A stretch of DNA of 64,000 nt from an uncultured Chloroflexia bacterium (lineage in GTDB: Bacteria > Chloroflexota > Chloroflexia > QHBQ01 > JADMIH01), in assembly GCA_963797095.1 (NCBI GenBank), contig CAWCNY010000004.1:663632-727631 (forward strand), written 5' to 3'. Below are positions 7,248 through 17,161 of this stretch, in pieces. The number at the start of each line of letters is the position of its first letter. The first letter of the stretch is position 1. The position numbers and the translations under genes were made by a program. The notes under the pieces are model-generated. The model did not search any database. It was not told the origin of the DNA and saw nothing but the letters and a program-made list of their open reading frames with translations.

Positions 7248-9443
7248 ATGACCCACGGAAGAAACCGCAAGAGTATCCTGTCTGCCCTTCTGTTAGCCTG
7301 CTCGGTGCTGGTATCGGTTGTAGTCACGAGCGAAGCCGCCGATAAGCCATCTGACCCGAATATCGCCCAGAGCACGACTCCACTGGCAACTGCCCAGAAG
7401 AGCCTGCAATCGAAATCCGCCGGTGAGGACCTCGAAGCTGACACAATCAAGTACGGATTCTTGATGGCACTGACCGGGAATAACTCCGCCGTTCGCACTA
7501 TGGGCTTTACTTGGGTATCATACGGCGTCTTCTGGAGCGAAGAAGAACCTACGCAGGGGCAGTATAGCTGGCTCTCAGGCGCAAACAACGTAGATAACAT
7601 AGCGGACGCGGCGCGCACCGCCAACGTAAACCTCCTTATCCGTATCAGCCGCACGCCCGATTGGGCGCGTGACCCTAATTGCGCGGGCAACGACACGTGC
7701 CCCCCTGCGGACGCCACCAACTTCGGCAGGTTCGCCGGCGTCCTGGCCGCCAGGGTGCGCTCTCGTTTGAGCGGCCAGCAGGTGGCGTACGAGATATGGA
7801 ACGAACCCAACACGTCGGGCGAATGGGGCGGCCTGTGCCCCGATCCCGCCAGGTACACCGCTTTGTTGCGGGCCGCCTACCCTCGGATCAAAGCCAGTGA
7901 CCCCTCGGCCACCGTCGCCGGAGGGGCGGTCACCACCGTGGCCGAGGTGCGTACAAACTGCCACGTAGACGATCTCAACTTCATCCAGGGGATGTACAAC
8001 GCGGGCGCGGCCCCTTACTTCGACGTACTTTCCGACCATCCCTACGGTTTCATCACCGCCCCCGAGGCAGACCCTGTGACAAGTCCCAGCGGACTGGTGT
8101 TTCGAAGGGCCGAGCGCCACCGGGCGTACATGGTGGCAAACGGCGACGGCAGCAAGAAGATTTGGGCTACCGAGTTGGGCTGGGCCATCAACCCGGCCAC
8201 CGAGGGCTATAGCTGCCCGGCGAGCGAAATTCAGTGGTACCAGATATACAACCAGCAGCAGCAGGCCGATTACCTTGTGAGGGCCTACCAGTGGGCGCGC
8301 TCGTATTGGCCCTGGATGGGTGCGATGTTCACCTGGAACTTCGACTTTGACGAGGCCCCCTGGTACTCGGAGTGCAATTCGTTCCGCTTCTACGCCGTGA
8401 AGAATCGCCTGGCGAAAAGCGCGCTCCAGAACCTGGTGCTACACCCGCCACCCACCTACACGCCCGTGCCCGTAAGCCCCACTCCTTCGGCTACTCCTAT
8501 TGATGGCCCGCCTGTGATCACCGATGTGCGCTACAACGCGACCCATTTCACTAGGGACGGGGGGCCGCTGACCATTGACCTTGACGCACATGATAACGAT
8601 ACAACGCCGATTGATACCGCCCAGGTGCTGGTGACCTTCCCAACTACCGGCACGCAGCTATTAAGCATGACCCTCGCATCCGGCACCCAATATTCGGGTA
8701 CATGGCATCTCGACTTCACTATACCATCTAATAACGGCCCGACCGTGCTCACTTACACTATGCAGCCATATGTTGTCGAGCAATTCCCGCCGCGCCGCAC
8801 TACGATGGCCCCCAGCCAGCAGATCGTGCTGGCGAACACACGCTTCTGGGATGTGCCAACCGATTACTGGGCCTACAGCTATATCGAATCACTCGCGTCC
8901 GGGGGAGCTATCGGTGGCTACAGTGATGGCTCATTCAAGCCGGGCAATAACGCGACACGTGCCCAGTTGTCGAAGATAGTGGTGCTGGCGTTCGGGTTCC
9001 CGTTATTGAACCCGACAAACTCCAGCTTCCACGATGTGCCAGCCGGGTCTACTTTCTACCAGTATGTGGAGACCGCAGTCGCGCGAAGTCTCGTGAACGG
9101 TTATACCTGCGGAGGCGCTGGCGAGCCTTGCGTGCCGCCCGGCAACAAGCCCTACTTCCGCCCCAACGACCCCGTCACCAGGGCGCAGATCGCCAAGATC
9201 GTGGTGCTCGCAGGGGGCTGGAACCTCCTCAATCCTGCCGCGAGCACTTTCGAGGATGTGCCGCCAGGCTCGACTTTCTACCGGTATGTAGAGACCGCCT
9301 ACACGCGGGGCATCCTCGCAGGCTACGAGTGCGGCAACCCTGAGCCATGCGTGTCCCCAGGCGACAAGCCCTATTTCCGACCCAACAGCAACGCCTCGCG
9401 TGCCCAGATCAGCAAGATGGTGTATCTCGCGGCCAACCCGTAA
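7248..9443 (+). CDS. Secreted clan GH-A glycoside hydrolase (GH39/GH5-like) with SLH domains
   Basis: YEIWNEPN, HPY and ATELGW motifs; P/T linker; three SLH repeats (F.DVP...TRAQ..K). Start is uncertain (7179 or 7248). Confidence 0.85.
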   Translation: MTHGRNRKSILSALLLACSVLVSVVVTSEAADKPSDPNIAQSTTPLATAQKSLQSKSAGEDLEADTIKYGFLMALTGNNSAVRTMGFTWVSYGVFWSEEEPTQGQYSWLSGANNVDNIADAARTANVNLLIRISRTPDWARDPNCAGNDTCPPADATNFGRFAGVLAARVRSRLSGQQVAYEIWNEPNTSGEWGGLCPDPARYTALLRAAYPRIKASDPSATVAGGAVTTVAEVRTNCHVDDLNFIQGMYNAGAAPYFDVLSDHPYGFITAPEADPVTSPSGLVFRRAERHRAYMVANGDGSKKIWATELGWAINPATEGYSCPASEIQWYQIYNQQQQADYLVRAYQWARSYWPWMGAMFTWNFDFDEAPWYSECNSFRFYAVKNRLAKSALQNLVLHPPPTYTPVPVSPTPSATPIDGPPVITDVRYNATHFTRDGGPLTIDLDAHDNDTTPIDTAQVLVTFPTTGTQLLSMTLASGTQYSGTWHLDFTIPSNNGPTVLTYTMQPYVVEQFPPRRTTMAPSQQIVLANTRFWDVPTDYWAYSYIESLASGGAIGGYSDGSFKPGNNATRAQLSKIVVLAFGFPLLNPTNSSFHDVPAGSTFYQYVETAVARSLVNGYTCGGAGEPCVPPGNKPYFRPNDPVTRAQIAKIVVLAGGWNLLNPAASTFEDVPPGSTFYRYVETAYTRGILAGYECGNPEPCVSPGDKPYFRPNSNASRAQISKMVYLAANP

Positions 9444-9612
9444 AGCGTAGCTGATAGGTCTGCTACCATATTTTGCCCATGAAGATCGCCTCTCTAGATC
9501 CTCCCAGGCTTGTGGATGTTGCGGCATATAGGCTAATCTACACTGTAAATGTGTACTTTGATATAACCGCTGATCCGGATTTTGTGAGGGTGGAGTGAAG
9601 GTAGTTATTCTT

Positions 9613-9671
9613 GCCTTCATATACTAAATGGCATTGGTAGGACAAAACGGGACAGGTCTTGAGGTGTACTT
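9613..9671. repeat. Dispersed intergenic repeat, copy 1
   Basis: 50/59 identical, ungapped, to 56075-56133 by manual alignment. Confidence 0.7.
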
Positions 9672-9855
9672 AAGTACAGTTTTTTAGTGTGCAAGGATTG
9701 GGAAGGGATAGAAGAGGCTGGGCACAAAATTGATGCGTGACCTTGCCCGCCATGCTCCTACTACGTTATAATATGCTGCCTCAGTGCGTGTTCTCTATTA
9801 AGGACCGGAGTATTCCACGCACCACAGACAAGCAAGGCGACGGAGCAGGAGGAGC

Positions 9856-11244
9856 ATGGATACCGAGACCCCCAACGCACCGGATGAGGTCGAAAGCGGC
9901 GAGATTGAACAGCCCCAGGCCGATATTCCGCCCGAACCACAACCAACGGAAGCCGCGCCCGAAGCTCAAGCGCAACCACAAACCCAGCCCCCTCCCCAGA
10001 ACCTGCCCCCGCCTACAGCCCTCATCATAGGCCAGTCGGGCGGGCCAACGGCAGCCATCAACTCCTCTCTGGTGGGCGTGATCCGCGAGGCACGCGCCCA
10101 GGGTGTGCGTCGCATCTATGGGATGAGGAACGGCATCCAGGGACTATTGCGCGGTGACCTGGTAGACCTGGGCAGCCTGCCCAACGACGTGCTCCCCGCC
10201 CTTCAGCAGACCCCCTCGGCGGCCCTCGGCTCGTGCCGCTACCACCTCACTGACGCCGATGTGCCCCAGGCCCTGGCCGTCCTTCGCGAACACGGCGTTC
10301 AGTGCATGGTCTATATAGGAGGCAACGACTCCGCCGACACTTCCCATCGGCTTGCGACGGCGGCAATGACTTCCGACTACGACCTGAGGGTGGTGGCGGT
10401 TCCCAAGACCATCGACAACGACCTGCCGGTGACCGACCACTGCCCCGGCTACGGCTCAGCCGCCCGATACGTCGCCATCTCTACCCTTGAAACTACCCTC
10501 GATACAAAGGCCATGCCCGACATCTATCCGGTAAAGATCCTGGAGACGATGGGCAGGCACGCGGGGTGGCTGACCGCTTCGGCGGCGCTGGCACGAGCCA
10601 CCGGTTGGGAGACACCTCACCTGATCTATGTGCCAGAATGCCCCAAGGAAGTAGACGAAATCCTGGGCGACGTGACCCGTGTTTACCAGGACTACGGGCA
10701 TGTGGTGATCGCGATGTCCGAGAACCTGCGCAGCCGCGATGGCAAGCCTTTCGCGCTGGCTGCCCTGGAAGCGCTGGGCGAGAATGTCGCATCTTCGGGC
10801 AATGGAACGCCGGGGCCTGATTTTGTCGATCCGTTCGGGCACCAGTATTACCGGGGCATCAGCGCAGCCTGGACTCTCAGCCAATTGATCACCAAGCGCC
10901 TGGACCTGCGCTCGCGTGTGGACCAGCCTGGCACTCTCCAGAGGATGTCACAGGCCCACCAGAGCGAGGTCGACCTGATCGAAGCGGAGGAATGCGGCAG
11001 GGCAGCGGTGCGCGCCGCATTGTCGGGCGAGACCGATTGCATGGTCATTCTTGAGCGCGCGGAAGCCCCGGTGTACAGGGCCACAATCGGCCTGGCTCCG
11101 CTCGACACAATCGCTAATATCGAGAAACACCTGCCGGCCGACTTCCTCAACCCGGCAGGCAATTTCGTCACTCAAATGTTCATAGACTATGCTCTTCCAC
11201 TCATCGGAGGGCCATTACCACAGTATGTAGAACTGCAAGCGTGA
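9856..11244 (+). CDS. pfp: Diphosphate--fructose-6-phosphate 1-phosphotransferase (PPi-PFK)
   Basis: GQSGGPT, GGNDS, PKTIDND and MGR motifs; N-terminal acidic/Pro-rich extension. Confidence 0.88.
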   Translation: MDTETPNAPDEVESGEIEQPQADIPPEPQPTEAAPEAQAQPQTQPPPQNLPPPTALIIGQSGGPTAAINSSLVGVIREARAQGVRRIYGMRNGIQGLLRGDLVDLGSLPNDVLPALQQTPSAALGSCRYHLTDADVPQALAVLREHGVQCMVYIGGNDSADTSHRLATAAMTSDYDLRVVAVPKTIDNDLPVTDHCPGYGSAARYVAISTLETTLDTKAMPDIYPVKILETMGRHAGWLTASAALARATGWETPHLIYVPECPKEVDEILGDVTRVYQDYGHVVIAMSENLRSRDGKPFALAALEALGENVASSGNGTPGPDFVDPFGHQYYRGISAAWTLSQLITKRLDLRSRVDQPGTLQRMSQAHQSEVDLIEAEECGRAAVRAALSGETDCMVILERAEAPVYRATIGLAPLDTIANIEKHLPADFLNPAGNFVTQMFIDYALPLIGGPLPQYVELQA

Positions 11245-11310
11245 CCCAAGCCCGATATTCTTACTGAGCTTGACACGCACAAACCTCAATCAAAGGAGAT
11301 TGATAACCAC

Positions 11311-12159
11311 ATGGAAATCAAGACAGTAGGTGTAGTAGGCGCTGGCACGATGGGCAATGGGATCGCCCAGGTATTCGCGACGGCAGGCTTCGCGGTGAAG
11401 CTGCGCGACGTTGGTGAAGCGCCCCTTGAGCGCGGGATCAGCAACATCCGCAAAAGCCTCGCCAAGTTCGTGGAGAAGGGTAAGATGACCCAGGACGAGA
11501 ACGACGCAGCCCTGGGCCACATCACCACCACCACAGAGCTTTCGGACCTGTCCACCTGCGACCTCGTTGTAGAGGCGATCTTCGAGAATTACGAGATCAA
11601 AGCCGCGGTCTTCAAGGAATTGGACGGCATGCTTGGTCCCGACGCGATCCTTGCCTCCAACACATCCTCTATCGACATTACGCGCCTGGCGGCGGTCACA
11701 GGCAGGGCCGACCGAGTGATCGGTATGCACTTCTTCAACCCCGTACCCCTCATGCAGTTAGTCGAGATTATTCGTGGCTTGTCTACGAGCGACGAGACCT
11801 ATGCAACGATCCGCGACCTGGCCCTGAAGCTGGGTAAGACGCCCGTGGAAGTGCGCGACTATCCCGGCTTCGTCTCCAACCGAGTGCTGATGCCGATGAT
11901 AAACGAGGCGGTGTTCGCCCTGTATGAAGGTGTGGCCTCCAAAGAAGATATCGACACCGTCATGAAATTGGGCATGAACCACCCGATGGGGCCGCTCACC
12001 CTGGCCGACTTCATCGGCCTGGATGTGTGCCTGGATATTCTGAACGTGCTATATGACGGCTTCAAAGACCCCAAGTACCGGCCATGCCCTCTGCTGGTGA
12101 AGATGGTGCAAGCAGGTAAGCTGGGTCGCAAGTCGGGCGAAGGGTTCTATAAGTACTAG
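11311..12159 (+). CDS. hbd: 3-hydroxybutyryl-CoA dehydrogenase
   Basis: GAGTMG, SNTSS, GMHFFNP and NHPMGP motifs. Confidence 0.93.
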   Translation: MEIKTVGVVGAGTMGNGIAQVFATAGFAVKLRDVGEAPLERGISNIRKSLAKFVEKGKMTQDENDAALGHITTTTELSDLSTCDLVVEAIFENYEIKAAVFKELDGMLGPDAILASNTSSIDITRLAAVTGRADRVIGMHFFNPVPLMQLVEIIRGLSTSDETYATIRDLALKLGKTPVEVRDYPGFVSNRVLMPMINEAVFALYEGVASKEDIDTVMKLGMNHPMGPLTLADFIGLDVCLDILNVLYDGFKDPKYRPCPLLVKMVQAGKLGRKSGEGFYKY

Positions 12160-12288
12160 CCGGGGCAAAGCACTGAACGAGTAGCAGGTAGCGAGTAGCG
12201 AGTTTTCCTAGTTCTGACTACCGACTACCGACTACCGACTGCCGACTACCAGTAACTAGGAACTTGGAACTTGGAACGAGGTAATCAG

Positions 12289-13440
12289 ATGGAATTCGCC
12301 TTAACAGAAGAACAAAGATTGATCCAGCAGACGGCCCGCGAATTCGCGGACGAGAAGCTGGCACCCCTGGCCGCCGAGTACGACCGGAGCGAAGAGTTCA
12401 CGGCCCCGCAGGCCAAAATGCTGGCCGAGATGGGCTTCCTTGGCATGATGGTGCCCGAAGAATACGGCGGCGCGGGCCTGGACACCGTCTCCTATGTGCT
12501 CGCCATGGAGGAAGTCAGCCGGGCATGCGCTTCAAGCTCGGTGACTATGACCGTCCAGAACTCGCTCGTCAACTGGCCCATCCAGTATTACGGGAACGAA
12601 GAACAGAAGCGCAAATACCTGGTGCCCCTCGCACGGGGCGAGATCCTGGGGTGCTTTGGTCTCAGCGAACCCGCCGCAGGCTCGGACCCCGCTTCGATGG
12701 CGACCACCGCCATTGAGGACGGCGACAGCTACATCCTCAACGGCTCCAAGATATTCATCTCCAATGGAGGGGTATCGCAAATAGCCCTCGTGTGGACGCA
12801 AACCGACCGCGACCTCAAGCACAAAGGGATCACCTGCTTCATCGTCGATGCGGATGCTCCCGGCTTCGTCATAGGGGCTGAGGAGAAGAAGCTCGGCATC
12901 CGAGGCTCCAACACCACCGAGCTGCACTTTGAGAATTGCCGCGTGCCCAAAGCCAATATGCTTGGCAGCCTGGGCGAGGGGTTCAAGATCGCCATGCAAA
13001 CGCTCGATGGGGGGCGGATCGGGATCGCGGCGCAAGCCGTCGGGATCGGGCAGGCTTGTGTTGATGCATCCGTCAAATATGCACATGAGAGGCAGGCGTT
13101 CGGCAAGCCGCTGGGAGACATTCAGGCGATCCAGTTCAAGATAGCAGATATGGCTATGGAGGTGCAGGCATCGCGCCTACTGACTTTGCACGCGGCCTGG
13201 ACCAAAGACCAGGGGGTGCGCTTCTCCAAGGAAGCCGCGATGGCGAAATTGCACGCCTCTGAAGCCGCCACAAATGCCGCGCATATGGCGGTGCAGGTGC
13301 ACGGCGGTTACGGCTACCTGCGCGACTTCCCGGTGGAGAGGCTCTACCGCGACGCTCGCATCACCGAGATCTACGAGGGCACCTCCGAGATACAACGTAT
13401 CGTGATAAGCAGCATGGTGCTCAAGGAAGGCCAGCGGTAA
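12289..13440 (+). CDS. Acyl-CoA dehydrogenase (butyryl-CoA dehydrogenase-like)
   Basis: FGLSEPAAGSD, RIGIAAQ, HGGYGY and IYEGTSEIQR motifs. Confidence 0.93.
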   Translation: MEFALTEEQRLIQQTAREFADEKLAPLAAEYDRSEEFTAPQAKMLAEMGFLGMMVPEEYGGAGLDTVSYVLAMEEVSRACASSSVTMTVQNSLVNWPIQYYGNEEQKRKYLVPLARGEILGCFGLSEPAAGSDPASMATTAIEDGDSYILNGSKIFISNGGVSQIALVWTQTDRDLKHKGITCFIVDADAPGFVIGAEEKKLGIRGSNTTELHFENCRVPKANMLGSLGEGFKIAMQTLDGGRIGIAAQAVGIGQACVDASVKYAHERQAFGKPLGDIQAIQFKIADMAMEVQASRLLTLHAAWTKDQGVRFSKEAAMAKLHASEAATNAAHMAVQVHGGYGYLRDFPVERLYRDARITEIYEGTSEIQRIVISSMVLKEGQR

Positions 13441-13461
13441 TGGCTAAATAACGGATAAAAG

Positions 13462-13493
13462 AAAGGACGGGTGTGCTCTTGCACCCGTCCTTT
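13462..13493. terminator. Bidirectional intrinsic terminator
   Basis: AAAGGACGGGTG...CACCCGTCCTTT. Confidence 0.75.
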
Positions 13494-13511
13494 TGCCGCA
13501 GTCGTCGTGAC

Positions 13512-13637
13512 TTACTTGTCGCGCTTCTGGTTCGCCTTGCGAACCTTGCTGAGAAGCCTGCTAACCTTGGCGTCCTTGGCGCGCTCGCGGTCAATGTCAC
13601 GTGCGATCTGGTAAATTGCATACATATTGGAAAGCAT
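13512..13637 (-). CDS. 41-aa basic small protein
   Basis: MLSNMYAIYQIARDIDRERAKDAKVSRLLSKVRKANQKRDK; RBS GAGGAGGAGG; terminator immediately downstream. Confidence 0.65.
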   Translation of the reverse strand: MLSNMYAIYQIARDIDRERAKDAKVSRLLSKVRKANQKRDK

Positions 13638-13935
13638 CGCTTTGTCCCTCCTCCTCATTAGTCTTCAGCCGTCTCTTGTTATTCCTCACACTGCTATTGT
13701 AGCCGTGTACAGGCTTCGGCACATCGGAAATAGGAGGTAACAATCGGATAGACTATAGTCTCATTAACCGGGTGTAAAGGGTACACCTAACGATGCGAGA
13801 GAGCATACATCTATAGATGTATGTCTAAGTGACCCTGCAAACACGCGAAAATCGGGGTTTGAACCGGTGCTAAAAGAACTTGAGAGGAGGGGGAAAGTAT
13901 TCGGAAAAAACTGCCGTTAAGTCCAGTATTTGAAA

Positions 13936-14481
13936 CTACTTGCCGGTTGCTGCTGTTCTTATCGCGCTAATCAACTGCTTGTAAGGAACGCCTTTTTCCA
14001 AAAATAGATTGACACCTGCTCTTTGTGCTGCCGTTCTGTCTGCTTCCCCGTCGTGAATGCTGAGTGCCACCACCGAATTTGCCAGGTTACCTTCCTTGAT
14101 CTCAGTCAGTGCATCAAAATCATCGCAGCAGTGCATATCCAGATCAACTAAAACAACATCGGGGCGCATTCGGTAGGCCATCTTGATCATTTCGCAATCG
14201 TCGGCGGCCTCGCCCACTACACTGATCTGCGGGTCCAATTCCAACATCGTCTTGAGGCAGGAGCGAAGGGTCGCATGATCGCCCGCAATAAGGACGCGCA
14301 CCGCAGAAAGTTGAGGGGAAACGGTTGGGGAAACTACCGGGGAATTCTGAGGGGAGACGGAGGTAACAGAAGAAGCGCCTGATCTGGATTTAGTCTCGCC
14401 GCCTATCGATATACGTGGAAAGCGCTGTCGTCCAGCATATTCAGCAGGTGATATTTGGCGAGTATTCAGGGTCATCAGCAT
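13936..14481 (-). CDS. Receiver-only response regulator with N-terminal extension
   Basis: VLIAGDH...PDVVLVDLDM...FLEKG; no output domain. Confidence 0.8.
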   Translation of the reverse strand: MLMTLNTRQISPAEYAGRQRFPRISIGGETKSRSGASSVTSVSPQNSPVVSPTVSPQLSAVRVLIAGDHATLRSCLKTMLELDPQISVVGEAADDCEMIKMAYRMRPDVVLVDLDMHCCDDFDALTEIKEGNLANSVVALSIHDGEADRTAAQRAGVNLFLEKGVPYKQLISAIRTAATGK

Positions 14482-14686
14482 CCTCCGTAGGTATCTAGTC
14501 TGTTATGAACTTGTCCCCACTGATGCCGTAAAAACTTATACCAGGCCGGGGATAAATGTCATCCTTTTTATATATATCACAATTTATCGCCGTTGTCACT
14601 GGTATTTAGGCACTAATTTGCTTATATCCGCTGGTAGTATGTAAGATACATCGCAAGACCTAGAAATAATGTTCCAAAAATGTGGA

Positions 14687-15343
14687 TTAATCCACAATTC
14701 GCTGCCGTAGTGCGTAAACGGCGGCTTGAGTCCGGTCTGACAGGTGCAACTTTTGGAGTATGTTGCTGACGTGGGTCTTGACGGTCTTTTCGCTCAGAAC
14801 CAGCTCTTCCGATATATCTTTGTTGCTTTTGCCCTGCGCTATCAGCCTTAATACCTCAAGTTCTCGCTCGGTCAGGTCGTGTTTGGGGGCCGAGGGTTGG
14901 GGGTTGGCGAACTCTTGCATCACCTTGCGGGCGATCTCAGGGTCGAGCTGGGCTTCTCCCCTGTTGACGGTCCTGATGGCCGTCACAAGATCGCTGGGAT
15001 CAACATCTTTCATCAGATAGCCCTGCGCGCCCGCCTTAATGGAAGCAAAGACCTTCTCATCCTCGCTGAAAGATGTGAGCACTATCACTCGCGTATTGGG
15101 AGAGAGGTTGCGAACGGCCCTGGTGGCCTCAACACCATCCATCACGGGCATGACAAGGTCCATAAGCACTATGTCGGGCAGCTTTTCGCCCACCAGTGCC
15201 AGCGCCTCGCGCCCATTAGCGGCTTCGCCAACCACCTCTATGTCCGGTTGCAATTGCAAGTAAGTCATAAGTCCCTGCCGCACGATAGCGTGGTCGTCCA
15301 CTATGATCACGGTGATCTTGTCAGCATCTCCTGAATTCGCCAT
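14687..15343 (-). CDS. NarL/LuxR family response regulator
   Basis: REC domain plus LTERELEVL...SNKDIS...TVKTHVSNIL HTH. Confidence 0.95.
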   Translation of the reverse strand: MANSGDADKITVIIVDDHAIVRQGLMTYLQLQPDIEVVGEAANGREALALVGEKLPDIVLMDLVMPVMDGVEATRAVRNLSPNTRVIVLTSFSEDEKVFASIKAGAQGYLMKDVDPSDLVTAIRTVNRGEAQLDPEIARKVMQEFANPQPSAPKHDLTERELEVLRLIAQGKSNKDISEELVLSEKTVKTHVSNILQKLHLSDRTQAAVYALRQRIVD

Positions 15344-15441
15344 TGCTCCCTCCCAGAGAGTGATACGTGACCTGCTTCGTACTGCGTGCTGCGTATTTAC
15401 TCGTCACTCGTCACTCGTCACTCGTAATCATCAGCCTCGTC

Positions 15442-17115
15442 TCACACGCACGGCACTTCAACTACCACCATCGTACCCTGGCCTGATGGGTTGGGGCCTA
15501 TTTCGAACCTGCCGCCCAGTTGTTCTACTCGCTCCCTCATAGAGGTGAGACCAAGCGTGCCCGGCTTCACCAGGCCCGTCTCAATTCCCACACCGTTGTC
15601 CTTTATCTTCAGCATAACACATTCGTCCTGTGAGTTGAGATAGATGGCGGCTTCGGTAGCCTTGGCGTGCTTGACTATATTATTTAGGGCTTCCTGGGCC
15701 ACTCGGAACAGGGCTTTTTCGATGTTCAGAGGGAGCCGTCCCTGCCCCTTCGTGTCCACGCGCACCACCAAACCATAGCGGTCGCTGATCATTTTGGCGT
15801 GCTTGGTGAGCACCGCTGCCAAACCCTCCTGCTCAAGATTAGCGGGCCGCAGCTCGAAGATCAGGGTGCGCATCTCCTTGAGAGCAGCGTTCGCCGTTTC
15901 GTACAGCAACCTGATCTGAGAGCGGGCTTTCTCCTGGTCGCTGTCGAAAAAGAGATTGGCTGCCTCTGCATTCAGCACCATGCTGAACAACGACTGTGAT
16001 AGGCTGTCGTGCAACTCACGCGCAAGCCTGTTGCGCTCTTGCAAGATATCCTGCTCGCGAGACCTATCGTAGAGGCGAGCGTTCTCTATCGCGATAGCCG
16101 CCTGATTCGAGAAGGCCAGCACGGTCCTTCCGTCGTCCTCGTCATAATACTCAGGATCGCTCTTGTCGAGGGTCAGCGCACCGATTACTTCATCACGGAA
16201 CATGAGGGGCACGCCAATCCAAGATCGCGTTGGATCGTCTCGGTTGCCTATGTAGCCCGGTTCTTCACGCACGTTGCTAAGCACCACCGGGGCCTGGCCT
16301 TCGAGGAGCCTCCTGGTTAGCTCGTTCTCATTGCGGTCGAAGCTGACGCCTATAATATCCTCACCTTCGGTAAATCCCTTGGCCGCAATCACGCGCAGGT
16401 GGTCCCCGAACAGGAGCATTATCGAGGACCGGTCGTATTGCACCACCTCGGCAAGCTGGTCGAGGATGAGGGCAAGCACGTTATCCAGGTCGAGCGACGA
16501 AGATATCAGGGCGCTTGAACGCACCAGCGCAGACACTTCGCGCACGCGCCGCTTCAGTTGCAGGCGCTGGCGCTCAAGCTCGGACACCTGCTCCTGCAAT
16601 TGCGCGTTGAGAGCCAGCGAATAGAGCTTGCTGAACCGGATCACAAGCCAACGCAAGGCAGAATCGAGCGACCGCGCCATCTCCAGCGCGGCGCTGTCAT
16701 CACCGTCCCAGCCCTGCTCGCGGCGGATGATTGGGAGCAACGCCTCGTCAAGAAGCAGATGCCCCTCGATCACCTCCGATATGTCGAATCCCTGCTCGGC
16801 TCTTTGCTCGCAAATCGTTTGCGAGTAAGCTATAAGCCCATCATAGTTCCCCGACCGGAACAGATCGGCCAGCGCGGTGATGCAACTGTTCGAGCAGCTC
16901 TGTAGCTCGGTGACGGGGCGCTCGCGGTAGTGGGAATCCTCCATCGAGTAGAGGAGCTTGACCCAGGCGGCGATCAATTCGTCCTTATAGGCTTCTAACA
17001 GGTCAGCCAGGCTTGGATTTTGGATCTTGGGCTTGGGATTTTGAATCTTGGCACGCGCTTTCTGCGCACCCTGATCGGTGTAAGGTTTTGTTTCTGTCGA
17101 TTCTACTCTAGCCAT
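15442..17115 (-). CDS. Cytoplasmic sensor histidine kinase (RsbRD_N-like + GAF + HisKA_3)
   Basis: ERNRLARELHDS, QEALNNIVKHA, DNGVG; GAF domain; N-terminal RAEQGFDISEV globin-like segment. Confidence 0.9.
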   Translation of the reverse strand: MARVESTETKPYTDQGAQKARAKIQNPKPKIQNPSLADLLEAYKDELIAAWVKLLYSMEDSHYRERPVTELQSCSNSCITALADLFRSGNYDGLIAYSQTICEQRAEQGFDISEVIEGHLLLDEALLPIIRREQGWDGDDSAALEMARSLDSALRWLVIRFSKLYSLALNAQLQEQVSELERQRLQLKRRVREVSALVRSSALISSSLDLDNVLALILDQLAEVVQYDRSSIMLLFGDHLRVIAAKGFTEGEDIIGVSFDRNENELTRRLLEGQAPVVLSNVREEPGYIGNRDDPTRSWIGVPLMFRDEVIGALTLDKSDPEYYDEDDGRTVLAFSNQAAIAIENARLYDRSREQDILQERNRLARELHDSLSQSLFSMVLNAEAANLFFDSDQEKARSQIRLLYETANAALKEMRTLIFELRPANLEQEGLAAVLTKHAKMISDRYGLVVRVDTKGQGRLPLNIEKALFRVAQEALNNIVKHAKATEAAIYLNSQDECVMLKIKDNGVGIETGLVKPGTLGLTSMRERVEQLGGRFEIGPNPSGQGTMVVVEVPCV

Positions 17116-17161
17116 GTATGTCCACCATAATAACCGAAAATCCGCAGCCTGTTATTCATAA

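Noticed and set aside
9003-9620. 205-aa minus-strand ORF
   Set aside because: It is mostly antisense to the SLH gene and has no recognisable motifs.
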